Counted from the first letter of the stretch, positions 17,705 through 29,070 are shown. The stretch: 61,506 bases of DNA from a virus (IMGVR_UViG_3300029740_000238); one strand, 5' to 3'. Numbers and translations: made by a program. The notes: a model not told the origin generated them from the sequence alone.

Positions 17705-19273
17705 TCATTCGTTTGTGTCCTCATCGAACACTGTAGTAAAATCAATCAGCTTGTTCAGGCCATTCTCATGAGCATTGATTGCCCGTTCACCCAACGCGAT
17801 TGTGGTTGCCGAGCTTTCAATCAAATCATTGAAGATGACTTTGCGGTAATAGTTGGCGGTCTTTGTTCCGCCGTCTGCTTCCAGCAAGGATTTGTACCTC
17901 GTGGCAATGCCGAACGTCCAGGTCTTTAACCCGTTGTTATCCTTAATGATTCGGTTCAGAGCGTTAAAAGCTTCTTTGTTATGTTCAGGATTTCGAGTGC
18001 TGGTTAAGATTTTGCCGACAATGGTAAACACATCGGTAAAAATATTGCGTTCTTCCGGCGTCAGCTTTTCTTCATAGTCCTGGTATTGAGCTTTGGCTTT
18101 CACTTCGTTTCGCGCCATATTATAGCTCATGCTCATTACAGCTTCGGAAAGCGGCAGGTTGTATTGCTCAAGAGTTTCAAGACTCACTACGCGGCGGGAT
18201 TTACGCTTTCGGCCAACTTCGGTTTCAAGGTTCTGCCGCTCTTCATGAAAGGCACGAACCTTTTTCATCTCTTCCTTGGTCTTGTACTTGATGAATATAT
18301 AAAGGAACTCGTACTTTCTGACACCTTTGCGGCGAACCGGTTCGTAGTCGAACCAGAGGTCCGTCATTTCATTGATTTCGGCTTTGACAGGTGCAAGAAT
18401 GTTCTTTTCAAAATCAGAAAAGACCTTATATTTTTCAGAAACAGTTTTTTCTCTACTGAATTTGGGCTCAGAGCTGCTTTCCGTCTTTCTGCTCTTTTTA
18501 CTGCGCAGTATTTCATCTTTGGACGGCATGGAAAGCATTCCTTTGAATTCTTCCATGTCAAAGACTTTGTATTTGTAACCCTTCAGCTCATTTTGCTTGT
18601 CTGGGAATTTACGAAGCACAGCTTCCGTGACTGGTTCGAATATCACGCCGTTCGTGTAGTTGTATTCTCTGGTTCCGTTATCATAGGACAACACAATCTC
18701 ATAGATGCGCATCGAATAGGTGCTTTGCATCGTGAGCAAATACTCAATACTATAAGAAGTATAATTGCTTGTCAGCTGTGCGATGTCTTTCCAGATATCT
18801 GGGTTAAAGCGCATTTGAATGGTTTTGTCTTTGAAATTAACGCGAGAGCCCTTGCTAATCCAAGAAATGGTTTTTAACTGGTCCGGCCCGTCGGGAACCC
18901 AGAAGGTACGGTTTTCCAGGTTTTCTACAATCTGCTGTAGATGCGGTTTATAACCGCTGCGCATGATGTCTACGCCTGTAAGCTTTGAAAACTCCTGGAA
19001 TGTAATGGTGTAATATTTCGATGCATCTCTATCATTACGCTGGTCGATTTTGGATAGCATAATCAGCAAAATCTTTTGCTCATTTCGAGGCAATGAATAT
19101 TTTGTCTTTTGAATCAAGTCATTGCTTTTCGTGATGATAGACTTATTGAGCGCTTTAACCTCGGGTAGTTGAGCCAATGCCATCTGTTCTTGAACTTCCT
19201 CATTACTGAGAACTTCACCAACAACTGACTCAACATTATCATTAGCTTTTGCGTTGCTGTCTTTCTTTTTCAT
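17705..19273 (-). CDS. Plasmid replication initiator, Rep_3 (RepB) family; start uncertain (frame open to 19336)
   Basis: ITKSNDLIQKTKYSLPRNEQKILLIMLSKI...STYSMRIYE...FSDFEKNILAPVKAEINEMTDL; adjacent to iterons and parAB. Confidence 0.88.
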   Translation of the reverse strand: MKKKDSNAKANDNVESVVGEVLSNEEVQEQMALAQLPEVKALNKSIITKSNDLIQKTKYSLPRNEQKILLIMLSKIDQRNDRDASKYYTITFQEFSKLTGVDIMRSGYKPHLQQIVENLENRTFWVPDGPDQLKTISWISKGSRVNFKDKTIQMRFNPDIWKDIAQLTSNYTSYSIEYLLTMQSTYSMRIYEIVLSYDNGTREYNYTNGVIFEPVTEAVLRKFPDKQNELKGYKYKVFDMEEFKGMLSMPSKDEILRSKKSRKTESSSEPKFSREKTVSEKYKVFSDFEKNILAPVKAEINEMTDLWFDYEPVRRKGVRKYEFLYIFIKYKTKEEMKKVRAFHEERQNLETEVGRKRKSRRVVSLETLEQYNLPLSEAVMSMSYNMARNEVKAKAQYQDYEEKLTPEERNIFTDVFTIVGKILTSTRNPEHNKEAFNALNRIIKDNNGLKTWTFGIATRYKSLLEADGGTKTANYYRKVIFNDLIESSATTIALGERAINAHENGLNKLIDFTTVFDEDTNE

Positions 19274-19429
19274 CGTCGATTTGAGACAAGCCAGATGGCT
19301 GCTCAGCCTTTCTTTTAATATGCAGCAAACCATCAAAGAAAGCTTTTCCTAAAAATGGTTACACTAAGAACATTATAATTTAGTTTACAACAATTGTCAC
19401 ATAATGTCAAGGTTCTATTGATTAGAATT

Positions 19430-19500
19430 ACGATTCTTTTATTTCTTTTTAGATGCAATTTATATTTTATTCTTTTATTATTTATTCTTTATTATATATA
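19430..19500. other. AT-rich tract, candidate DNA unwinding element
   Basis: Nearly pure A/T with repeated ttcttttatt, next to the first iteron. Confidence 0.55.
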
Positions 19501-19504
19501 GAAG

Positions 19505-21557
19505 AAACGGAGGTTATTTTGCTTGTAAAAAGAGTTTGTTTTGCTCTTCACGGGAGCTTGTTTTGTGTTTCGGAGTAGATTGTTTGCTTTGGGAACAGAG
19601 CTTTATTTCGGTTAACTTGCGAAAAGAACCTCTGTTTGACTCGAAAAGAACCTCTGCTTTTGATTGTGAGTACGAGCTCATCCTGAATATAATTATTTCA
19701 AAGCTATTTCTTCGCATAAATGGCGGGGAAAAAATGCAACGTAAATAATCTCCGTTATGCAATGTCGGGTTCTTTGACTAGCAGGGGAGGGGAGAACTGG
19801 TACGACTCGGAACAAAAATGATGGGTCAGACTATAGTAGCATTCCAGCTGCGGTCTTACATTGAAGAAAGTATTGACAAAAGCGAACGTAAATAATCTCT
19901 GCTTTAGTCGTAGCACTCGGTCAAGTATCATTACCCAAAAATGCAACGTAAATAACCTCAGTTTTGCAGTGCATCACGCTTGAGACTTTATATGCTTCTG
20001 GAAAAGTTCTTTAACCACGCCAGAGACAAAAACGTAACGTAAATTATCTCCGTTTAAGAAAGTGTGAAACTTCCAAATTTGTGGTGGTCGGTCTGACTTA
20101 CGCTAATTTCTCATGAAAAAACAACGAACGTAAAGAACCTCCGTTTGAAATGACTGATGCTTTGCTCGTTCAACCTCAAAATCTAATAAAAAGAATCTCT
20201 GGTAAATGCTTACAGCAATTCCTAACAGAACAGCTACCGTACCATGCTCACACAGGGCTGCTTATAATATAATAGTTTGTTTTATGGCAAATGTCATTAT
20301 TCTATGGGTCAAAAAAACATCCAAAATGGACAATGATAAGCATATTATACAAATAGTAGACGCAACTCACAAAAAAAGGTAATGTATCAAAGGAATCGGA
20401 GATTATTTACGTTGCAAATTTGGTTCAGCTTCGCTGAAATAAAAGCACGATAACACGATAATAATGTTGATGTGGAAACAAGAATGACGAAGCTATATAA
20501 GAGAAAATTAACGTAGCAGTTTTGAATTTGCACTTACAGATGAATACTGATGAAAACAGCTAAAAATGCATGGGAACTATGCGGTATAAATTACAACCTG
20601 TTAAATATTGTGTAATTCTACGTTCAGGAAATGCCATGAAGCGTTTGGGTAATTTGTAAGTTCAGAAAGTTGAACGTAAATAACCTCGTTTTACAATACA
20701 GCGAAAAATTAACGTAAATAACTTCTGCTTTAGAAAAAACGAGTCGAGAGTAGAGGAATGCCCAAAATCAATGTAAATAACCTCCGCCAAGCCGCTCTCA
20801 AAGTGACACTCCCGAAAACGAACGTAAAAAACCTCAGGTTGACGATACGCCTGTGAAAGAGTGAAGGCTGCCATCATATCCAGAACGGAAAGAAAACAAT
20901 CTCCGGTTGGTACGACTCACAAAGTCAAGCTCACTTGATAGTAGGGGAGAGAAGGAGAGAATTGAATAATGACTGAGCTGGAAAGTAAAATTGAACGAAA
21001 ATAACCTCTGTTTTATGGGGACTCTACAATACTTGGTTTGCCTCATCCAGATAACCCGACTGTTGTAAAACCGAAATTAAAACGTAGATAACCTCGGGGT
21101 AATATATCGGTATTTCATTCTCAAACTATATTACTGAGTGAATTGGAACGAAAATAATCTCCGGTTTAATTGCTCAGACACAAAAACACTGCAAACTAAA
21201 AACTGCACGTAAAGAACCTCCGTTTGCTTATGGAAAGGTTTATGAACAAAAGAAGAAGCTAAATACGAAAATAACCTCCGTTAAAGCTGGACCTGGATAG
21301 CACTGAAATTGTGAATTGCTAAACTGTGGGTAAGTATAAAGATGAGTGAAAACAATCTCTGTTATAGTCTCAACAGAAAAAGTGGAATGTAAATAATCTC
21401 TGTTTAGTTGAGCTGAATGGATTGGTTTGGAAAGAAAAAAAGTAACAGTGAGAACCTCAGAATACCACAAAGGCCAAGGATAATGTATTTATTCAAGTTT
21501 TTCTGAATGCCCACTTCGCCTGAGAGCAGCAAGAAAAGTCGATGTAAATAATCTCCG
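19505..21557. repeat. Iteron array / replication origin (~20 copies of AACGTAAATAAYCTCYG)
   Basis: Direct copies at about 19738, 19885, 19945, 20036, 20127, 20673, 20711, 20770, 20821, 20889, 20994, 21081, 21147, 21206, 21264, 21345, 21386 and 21541; inverted copies at about 19508 and 20397. Confidence 0.85.
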
Positions 21558-21737
21558 TTATGTTTATCCAAAGCAATTTTGAATTTACAACAACAGGAAC
21601 GCAATAACATGGACATAAAATAGACGAAATACAATAACAGGTACGCAAGTGATTTACACATTGAAAGAAACTGTAATTGTGAAATGATAATTAACAAAAC
21701 AACAATTTGTTGTGACCAAAGTGCAGGAATGGTATAA

Positions 21738-22310
21738 TTGAAGTATAAGAGTTTTCTTTTCGCACCATCATCCGAGGCATCCGAAATGCAGTTGACACAG
21801 AAATGGCTTAACGAAACATTGGCAAAGAACCCTGCGCTGAGTATTCAGGTGCAGTGTGGAAAAGACTGTGCTAAAGCCAGCAAAGCAAAAGAAGTCAAAG
21901 TGACGTATCCCAAATACGGGAATCACAAGGTTTATGCGTACGAGGACGGATTTGTGGCAGGGAACAAGGATGCAAAAGAGCATGGCAATATCGTGGATGT
22001 GTTTGACTCTACTAAAGAATATTGTCGGTGGTTAGATTTGCAGATACTTGAAAAGGGCGGAAGTATCACGGAGCTGAAACGGCAGGTCCCGTTGACAATT
22101 CAGGAAGCGTTTCAGTATGAAGGAAAAAGAATTCAGAAAATCGACTACCGAGCAGATTTCTATTATCGAGATAAAAATGGCACGGTCGTGGTAGAGGATG
22201 TAAAGGGATATGACCAGAAGAACGGGAAGTACATTCAAACCGAAGCTTTTCGCCTAAAGTGGAAACTACTTAAATCAATGTATCCGGATTATCATTTCGT
22301 GTTGTATTAA
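21738..22310 (+). CDS. DUF1064-family (PD-(D/E)xK-type) nuclease-like protein
   Basis: FDSTKE...LKRQV...YRADFYY...VVEDVKG...TEAFRLKWKLL. Confidence 0.8.
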   Translation: MKYKSFLFAPSSEASEMQLTQKWLNETLAKNPALSIQVQCGKDCAKASKAKEVKVTYPKYGNHKVYAYEDGFVAGNKDAKEHGNIVDVFDSTKEYCRWLDLQILEKGGSITELKRQVPLTIQEAFQYEGKRIQKIDYRADFYYRDKNGTVVVEDVKGYDQKNGKYIQTEAFRLKWKLLKSMYPDYHFVLY

Positions 22311-22320
22311 GGAGTATCAA

Positions 22321-24768
22321 ATGGTTGGCAGCTATCAGACAATAACATATAACAGATATGCAGTACAAAGTGCGACAAAATACAAGGCTAAAATCGTTGA
22401 TATTCCATTCTGTGACCCTGAAAGCGGCTTTTCAATTCTGGTTGCATCTCGGATTGAAGACGGTAAGAGCATTGTCCTCAAAGGCATTATTCCGAACCCT
22501 GTTGAGAATGCTTATATTACCTATCAAGGGCACTGGGAACAAGATGCACGGCGGGGAACACAGTATGTTAAGGTCGAAAGTTGCAAGATTGATTATGAAG
22601 CTGGCGGCACAGATTCTATCTATGAGCTGTTGACCAGCGGATATGTACCGGGAGTCGGACCCGTAACGGCAAAGAAAATCATCAAAGCATTTGGTGCCGA
22701 TTCCCTCAAAATAATCGAGAAAAGCCCGGAAAAGCTGACGGAACTGGCCGGAATCAAAGAAAAGGCAGCAAAGAAAATCCACGATGCCTATATTCATATC
22801 GCAAAAGACCAGGAATTGATTTCTTTTCTACTTCCCTTCATCTCAATGCAGAAAATCAATGCCGTTCTGAAAGAGTACGGGGACAGCAAGCAGGCATTAG
22901 CCGCCATCAAGGAGAATCCGTATTGCCTATATCAAGATGTCAGTGGCATCGGGTTTGCTGCATCTGACCGCATTGCGTTGGTCGGGCTGGGAATGGACAG
23001 GAAAGACCAGCGCAGGGTGGAAGCTATCGTGCTACATTCGCTTGAGGTGCAGGCACAGATGGAAGGCCATTCTTTCGTTTGGCTGAATCAGTTGATGGCC
23101 TGCGTGGCAACGACCGTTGAAAAGGAACTGCACGAATCACGAATTCCTGAACAGTCAATACGAGATGCTGTGAATGGCGCGAGACGAAAAGGACTGCTGG
23201 TGGCAGAAAAGTCTAGTGGGAACGCAAGCGGAAAACCTCTCTTCTGCGTTTATCTGCGCCGATACTGGGCACTTGAATGCGACATCACGTTCCTTTGCCA
23301 TACGTTGCACCACTGCATGAATGCAGCGTGCGGCATGGTCTCGAAAGCCGATGTGGATAGAGCTATCCAGAACGTGCAGATGAAAGATGGCTTTCTGCTG
23401 GACGACACTCAAAAGCAAGCAGCATACACGGTGTATGGCAGTGACAGCCAGAACGTGACGGTAATCACTGGCGGCCCCGGCAGCGGTAAGACGACTATCA
23501 TCAAAACCATCATTGAAGCGTTTATGGTTGCTAAAGGCAGCTACTATAAAGAAGAAGACATTCTGCTCTGTGCTCCTACTGGTCGAGCATCGGCAAGAAT
23601 GCGGGAAGCAACAGGACACGCAGCATCCACGATTCAGTCAGCGTATTTTGGCTGCTTTGATAATGAAGCGAGTGTGATTGTGGTTGACGAATTCTCGATG
23701 TGTAACCTTGAAACGGCGCATATGGTATTCTCACTTGCTTCCCATGGCTGCAAACTGGTCATCGTGGGAGACCCTGACCAGCTTCCTGCAATCGGAGCGG
23801 GTAACGTTCTTCGGGACTTGATTGACAGTGGAGAAGTGAATGTATGTAAGCTCTCCTCCTGCCATAGAAATATGGGCGCGATTGTAGAGAATGCAATACA
23901 CATCAATGCTGGTGAGCAGACGAGTACTTTCAGACAAGACGAATCGTTCTTGCTGATTCCGGCCACCAAAGGTATGGAAATCAGAACAACAGCGCTGTTC
24001 AATTACTTTCATTTCGTTCGAAAATATGGCGAAGTGAATGACCTGGACAATAGACATGCGGAGGATGGAATTCGTAAAGGTGTTCAGAATATATGCCTGC
24101 TTACACCGGTCCGTAAAAAGGGAAGTGGGTATATTTCTGCAACAGACCTGAATCTTTTGATTCGGGATAAGCTTAATCCGGCAACATATGAAAACAGCGG
24201 ATTCATTGAATCCTTGAAAGGCGTACCGGAACAGGGATTCGATTACCGAATCGGTGACCGCGTGATGCTGTGCAAGAACCATAGAGGCAGCTTTGTAAAC
24301 GGTGATATGGGTTTCATCACGAGCTTTGAACCGAAAGCCCTGGACCAGGATGGCGCGATGATTTGCAACGCCTATACAGTAAGGTTCGATAACCCTTGCG
24401 ATGTGGATGGCGAATGCTTTGAGATGATTGTCAGCAGAAAGACGATGCAATCTGAATTTGCGTTGGCATATGCGATGACGGTTCACAAGTCACAGGGTTC
24501 TGAGTTCAAAGCAGTCGTGGTGGCGTTTGATACCGGCTGGAAACAGCTGCAGCAGCGAAATCTTCTGTATACCGCAGTGACTCGTTCGAAGAATGAGTGC
24601 AGAATTGTAGGCAATATGGACGCGGTCGATGTGGCAATCGATACGAACGACATTGAAAACCGCAACTCATTGCTCAAAAATAGGTTACAGCACTATAACA
24701 ACGAAAAATACCTTGACATTCACATGACGAATTTTGGGACTTCCGGAACAGATTGTTTTGCGGAATGA
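22321..24768 (+). CDS. recD2: RecD2-like SF1B helicase
   Basis: HhH GVGPVTA, ENPY, TGGPGSGKTT, APTGRA, VDEFSM, VGDPDQL, LAYAMTVHKSQGSEF, LYTAVTRS. Confidence 0.92.
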   Translation: MVGSYQTITYNRYAVQSATKYKAKIVDIPFCDPESGFSILVASRIEDGKSIVLKGIIPNPVENAYITYQGHWEQDARRGTQYVKVESCKIDYEAGGTDSIYELLTSGYVPGVGPVTAKKIIKAFGADSLKIIEKSPEKLTELAGIKEKAAKKIHDAYIHIAKDQELISFLLPFISMQKINAVLKEYGDSKQALAAIKENPYCLYQDVSGIGFAASDRIALVGLGMDRKDQRRVEAIVLHSLEVQAQMEGHSFVWLNQLMACVATTVEKELHESRIPEQSIRDAVNGARRKGLLVAEKSSGNASGKPLFCVYLRRYWALECDITFLCHTLHHCMNAACGMVSKADVDRAIQNVQMKDGFLLDDTQKQAAYTVYGSDSQNVTVITGGPGSGKTTIIKTIIEAFMVAKGSYYKEEDILLCAPTGRASARMREATGHAASTIQSAYFGCFDNEASVIVVDEFSMCNLETAHMVFSLASHGCKLVIVGDPDQLPAIGAGNVLRDLIDSGEVNVCKLSSCHRNMGAIVENAIHINAGEQTSTFRQDESFLLIPATKGMEIRTTALFNYFHFVRKYGEVNDLDNRHAEDGIRKGVQNICLLTPVRKKGSGYISATDLNLLIRDKLNPATYENSGFIESLKGVPEQGFDYRIGDRVMLCKNHRGSFVNGDMGFITSFEPKALDQDGAMICNAYTVRFDNPCDVDGECFEMIVSRKTMQSEFALAYAMTVHKSQGSEFKAVVVAFDTGWKQLQQRNLLYTAVTRSKNECRIVGNMDAVDVAIDTNDIENRNSLLKNRLQHYNNEKYLDIHMTNFGTSGTDCFAE

Positions 24769-24784
24769 CAGAGGAGTAAACGAT

Positions 24785-26758
24785 ATGGCTAACATGCCGT
24801 TGACTGACATTGGTATTACGCCGCGAAAAGCAAGTCAATTTGCTAGTAAGGGAATTGAAACGGTGACAGACTTGCTCGGGTATTATCCGACCAAATACTT
24901 GGATTTCAGGAATCCTATCTCGTTTGCGGAAGGAAAATATCATCAAGGAGAGCATGTTGCCATCAAGGGTAAGGTCGTGAGTGGCCGAGTGATTGATGGC
25001 AAGCATTACATGCTGCGCCTTACGGACGGGAACACTTTTTGTACGGTATTCTGGTTCAATCAACCGTTCCGCACACGGCAGTTTTCAGTCGGCGACGTCA
25101 TTGCGCTTGGCGGAGTCGTTTCCTGGAACGAGCAGTACAACAACATGACAATGGCAACGCCTGACTTTGTCACGACGGATATCGCGTCAGCTTTCTCTAT
25201 CCAGCCGGTTTATCGGAAAATTAAAGGAATGTCGGTGGAATACCTGGAAGATGCCATTAAATTGGCGATGCCTTATACCAGAGAATGCTCGACCGAAACC
25301 TTGAGCCTGGCTCAGATGCGGGCGCTGCGAGTTCCGCCGATTGCTGAAGCCATTCACATGGCACATCAGCCGACCGATGAAAAGGAAATCAGGCTTTCCC
25401 GAAAACGCAGAGCGGTCGATGTGTTGTATCCGTTCTGCTATGAGCTGGAAGCAAAGAAAGCAGAAGCCGCAAAGGTGTCGTTCTGTCGAATTAAGAGTAC
25501 GCGGGACGTTCTGAACAAGATGCGGGGAGTCTTACCGTTCAAGCTGACAGAGGACCAAAAGAACGCTGCTGAACATATGCTCACCGAGATGGAACACGGA
25601 GAACGTGTGGATACCCTGGTTCAGGGTGATGTAGGCTGCGGTAAAACGGTCGTTGCTGAGATTTGTGCATTAGCTATGGCAATGAATGGGTTTCAGTGTG
25701 CCGTTATGGCTCCGACCGTGGTTCTTGCCACGCAGCACTATGAGGAGTTCTCGAAAATCCTCGGCTCGTTCGGGTACAAGACGGTTTTCCTGCGCAGTGG
25801 CATGAAAGCAAAAGAAGAGAAATCGGTTCTCGAAGAGATTGAGAGCGGCAAGGCTCAAATCATTGTTGGAACGCATTCTGTGATTTCCGGGAAGGTCAAG
25901 TATCATAAGCTGGGTTTAACGATTGTAGACGAGGAACATCGGTTCGGCGTTGAGCAGCGTGAAGCACTCAAGCAGAAAGCAAAAGACGGCGTTCACAATG
26001 TCAGCATGAGCGCTACGCCAATCCCGCGCTCGTTGGCGAACACTTTGTATGGGGAAGGCACCGAAATCGTTAATATCCATACGATGCCTGCCGGGCGCAA
26101 GCCTGTAAAGACCATTATCTGGTCCAATGAAAACAGCTGCTACAAATCCGTGTATAACCAAATCAAAGAAGGACATCAATGCTATGTCGTATGTCCATTG
26201 ATTGAAGATTCGGATTCCGAGTCTCTTGAAGGTGTTGATTCGGTTGAAACCACCTACAAAAAACTTACAGAATGGTTTAAGCCGTATCCGGAAGTGAAAA
26301 TCAAGGCAATATCGGGTGACATGAAAGCTAAAGAAGTACAGGAAGGAATTGAAGCGTTTGCTCAAAAGCAGGCTGATATCCTTATCTCTACTACGATTGT
26401 TGAGGTTGGTGTGAATGTTCCGAACGCTACGGTCATTGTTATAAAGAACGCGGAGCGCTTCGGGTTAGCACAGCTGCATCAGCTCAGAGGGCGTGTTGGA
26501 CGCAGCAGCTTGCAGAGCTATTGCGTGCTTCTTTCTAAGGACAAGGAGAATGAGCGCTTAAAGACTATGGCGGCGACCAATGACGGTTTCAAGATTGCTG
26601 AAAAGGACTTGGAACTGCGTGGGACCGGTCAGATTTTGGGCGTTAAGCAGAGTGGCAAAGACGCGGTGATGGAGATGGCTCTAAACTATCCGCAGCTTTA
26701 TCAAGCAGTAAGAAAGCAGGCGGAAATCCAGTATAAAATCGACCATCCGATGGGTTGA
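24785..26758 (+). CDS. recG: ATP-dependent DNA helicase RecG
   Basis: LPFKLTEDQ, QGDVGCGKT, VDEEHRFG, MSATPIPRS, AERFGLAQLHQLRGRVGR, DLELRG. Confidence 0.95.
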   Translation: MANMPLTDIGITPRKASQFASKGIETVTDLLGYYPTKYLDFRNPISFAEGKYHQGEHVAIKGKVVSGRVIDGKHYMLRLTDGNTFCTVFWFNQPFRTRQFSVGDVIALGGVVSWNEQYNNMTMATPDFVTTDIASAFSIQPVYRKIKGMSVEYLEDAIKLAMPYTRECSTETLSLAQMRALRVPPIAEAIHMAHQPTDEKEIRLSRKRRAVDVLYPFCYELEAKKAEAAKVSFCRIKSTRDVLNKMRGVLPFKLTEDQKNAAEHMLTEMEHGERVDTLVQGDVGCGKTVVAEICALAMAMNGFQCAVMAPTVVLATQHYEEFSKILGSFGYKTVFLRSGMKAKEEKSVLEEIESGKAQIIVGTHSVISGKVKYHKLGLTIVDEEHRFGVEQREALKQKAKDGVHNVSMSATPIPRSLANTLYGEGTEIVNIHTMPAGRKPVKTIIWSNENSCYKSVYNQIKEGHQCYVVCPLIEDSDSESLEGVDSVETTYKKLTEWFKPYPEVKIKAISGDMKAKEVQEGIEAFAQKQADILISTTIVEVGVNVPNATVIVIKNAERFGLAQLHQLRGRVGRSSLQSYCVLLSKDKENERLKTMAATNDGFKIAEKDLELRGTGQILGVKQSGKDAVMEMALNYPQLYQAVRKQAEIQYKIDHPMG

Positions 26759-26782
26759 CCCTGCTTGCGAGTCGCAGATAAT
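26755..26782 (+). promoter_or_regulatory. TGCG-class promoter of the bactofilin-sec operon
   Basis: ttgacc-ctgctTGCGagtcgca-gataat; the -35 overlaps the recG stop codon. Confidence 0.65.
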
Positions 26783-26840
26783 AAAAATGTGGATATACCA
26801 CATATTTGCTATTCGTGATTCGTTAGGAGGTAATATACAG

Positions 26841-27500
26841 TTGTTTGGAACAAAGAAATCACAAACTCAGCCGGAACCGGTTGAGACTATCGCAGCTCAG
26901 GAACATAAGCAGAGTATTGGGAATCAGGTGATGGAAGCATTGGGCGTTGGCGAGAACGGAACCGGGCTCGATGAAGAATCTGAAATCCTGATGCCGAAAC
27001 AGAATCAGCGGCAACTGGAAGCGGAGGGTGTTGTGAAGGAAAGCGTATGTGTCATTTCCAAAGATGCAGTTATCGGCGGAGGCATCGATGTTAAAGGTGA
27101 TTTGATGGTTGCCGGAAAGGTAATGGGTCATATCTCTGCATCGACTGTGACTTGCGTTGGGGAAACCAGCTACATCGAAGGGAATGTGACTTGCAACAAG
27201 CTTCGGATGCACGGCGGTAAAATCAAAGGTCATGTCACGGTGCGTGAGAAGGCTGACATCAATGGTGAAATCAACGGCGACATTGAATGTCTTTCTGAAC
27301 AGACTGCGGCTTTTGGCGAACATGCGGTCGTGGCAGGGACTTATATCCGGTGCAGCATGTTGAAAGTCGAACCTGGCGCTCAGATTGCAGCAAAGATTGA
27401 AATGAAGAAACCGAATGCACTTCCGGCATCCACTGGCAGCAGTGAGACGCGGCAGAGAAGTATCCGGATTCCAAACCAGACTCAAGCCATTAGCTCCTGA
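26841..27500 (+). CDS. Bactofilin (polymer-forming cytoskeletal) protein
   Basis: VISKDAVIGGGIDVKGDLMVAGKVMGHI...IEGNV...IKGHV...INGDI beta-helix repeats; RBS aggagg before the TTG. Confidence 0.8.
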   Translation: MFGTKKSQTQPEPVETIAAQEHKQSIGNQVMEALGVGENGTGLDEESEILMPKQNQRQLEAEGVVKESVCVISKDAVIGGGIDVKGDLMVAGKVMGHISASTVTCVGETSYIEGNVTCNKLRMHGGKIKGHVTVREKADINGEINGDIECLSEQTAAFGEHAVVAGTYIRCSMLKVEPGAQIAAKIEMKKPNALPASTGSSETRQRSIRIPNQTQAISS

Positions 27501-27535
27501 GTAAATCAAATCACAATCACTTGGAGGAAATAACA

Positions 27536-28813
27536 GTGAATAAACTGAAATCCATCTGGCAGATTGAGGATTTGCGAAAAAAGATTCTCTTTACACTCCT
27601 TCTCATTCTGGTATTCCGCCTTGGATGCAGCATTCCGGTTCCGTTTGTATCCAATACCGCATTGGATTCGATGTTTTCCAATGACAGTATCTTCGGATAC
27701 ATGAACATGCTGTCTGGCGGTGCTCTTTCTCGATGCGCGTTCTTTGCGTTGGGTGTGAGTCCTTACATTAACTCGTCCATCATCACTCAGCTTTTGTGCG
27801 TGGCACTCCCAAGCTGGGAAGCACTGCAAAAAGAAACAACTGGAAAAGACAAACTAGACGAGTACACCAAACGAATTGCTCTGGCAATGGCTGCAATCAT
27901 GAGCATCGGCTATTACTTCGTGCTCCGCAATTACGGAGCTCTTGAGTATACGGCAGGGAAAAGTGGGTTCTTCGCGGCGGTTGTTATTATGGCAACTTTC
28001 CTTGCAGGGTCTCAGCTTTCTGTCTGGATTGGCGGCCGAATTGATGAGTTTGGAATTGGCAACGGCGTTTCAATTCTGATTTTTGCCGGTATCGTGTCTC
28101 GCTGGACCGACATCAACACGATTGCCCATAACATTGCCGTTCAGGTCGAGAGCGGCAACTGGCTGTACTCTCTCGTGGGTATCGGGATGGTAGTTGCAAT
28201 GCTCTTCGCTGTGTGGTTCGTATCCTACAGTGATGGGGCAGAACGTCGTATCCCCGTTCAATACGCAGCACGTAAATACAATGCAAGAGGCCAGGCTTCT
28301 TATATCCCCGTAAAGCTCTTGATGAGTGGTGTGATGCCGATTATCTTTGCTGGCGTTATTATGAGTATCCCGGCAACGGTAGATATGTTCGTAGACGCCA
28401 CGAAGCACGTAAGACTTCATTCGGCCCTTTCTGTATTCTCTTCCGGCAGCTGGATTTACTATGCCGTATACGTTATCCTGATTGCTCTTTTCAATTTCTT
28501 CTATATCGAGATTCAGTTTGATGCTGTTTCGATTTCCAGCAACCTGCGCAATCAAGGCGGCGCAGTGCCCGGATATCGGCCCGGTCCTCAGACAACCGAG
28601 ATGCTGAACAAAGCATTACACAAAATGGCACAGACTGGTTCCTTTTATCTGGCCATCATTGCTCTGATGCCGATGGTGTTTAGTTTAATCAGTGGAACTC
28701 AGATTTCTTTTGGTGGTACAAGCTTGATGATTATGTCCAGCGTGGCGCTTGAGGTTGTGCGCAGCATGGAAGGATATCTGACTGTGCGTCATCATAAAGG
28801 ATTCTTGGGATAA
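27536..28813 (+). CDS. secY: Preprotein translocase subunit SecY
   Basis: LRKKILFTL...RLGCSIPVP, FALGVSPYINSSII, GIGNGVSILIFAGI, RRIPVQYA, GVMPIIFA, PGYRPG, FGGTSL. Confidence 0.95.
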   Translation: MNKLKSIWQIEDLRKKILFTLLLILVFRLGCSIPVPFVSNTALDSMFSNDSIFGYMNMLSGGALSRCAFFALGVSPYINSSIITQLLCVALPSWEALQKETTGKDKLDEYTKRIALAMAAIMSIGYYFVLRNYGALEYTAGKSGFFAAVVIMATFLAGSQLSVWIGGRIDEFGIGNGVSILIFAGIVSRWTDINTIAHNIAVQVESGNWLYSLVGIGMVVAMLFAVWFVSYSDGAERRIPVQYAARKYNARGQASYIPVKLLMSGVMPIIFAGVIMSIPATVDMFVDATKHVRLHSALSVFSSGSWIYYAVYVILIALFNFFYIEIQFDAVSISSNLRNQGGAVPGYRPGPQTTEMLNKALHKMAQTGSFYLAIIALMPMVFSLISGTQISFGGTSLMIMSSVALEVVRSMEGYLTVRHHKGFLG

Positions 28814-28827
28814 AGGGGGAAAGGCAA

Positions 28828-29070
28828 ATGAGCATTATCGAATTTTTCTTGGGCCTTGTGGTATTGGCAGCCAGTCTTGTCGTGAGCTGTGCATGTTATA
28901 TTGTCAAAAACGAAAAGGGTGGCTTGAACGCGGCTCTTGGCGGTGCAAGTGACTTTATGACGACTCGCCGGAATGACAACAACCTGAAAGTAAACAAGTT
29001 TGTTATGAAGGTTGGCGTTGTGCTCACTATTGCGATTCTGGCTCTAACAATTATCGGTGCCCACTTTTAA
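28828..29070 (+). CDS. secG: Preprotein translocase subunit SecG
   Basis: 80 aa; two TMs joined by KGGLNAALGGASD; directly follows secY. Confidence 0.75.
   Translation: MSIIEFFLGLVVLAASLVVSCACYIVKNEKGGLNAALGGASDFMTTRRNDNNLKVNKFVMKVGVVLTIAILALTIIGAHF

Noticed and set aside
19505..21557. Repeat array as a CRISPR locus
   Set aside because: The repeats are short, degenerate, non-palindromic, irregularly spaced and partly inverted, with no cas gene in the window; adjacency to a Rep_3 gene favours iterons.
19514..21697. Short ORFs within the origin region
   Set aside because: AT-rich, no RBS, atypical composition; most likely non-coding.
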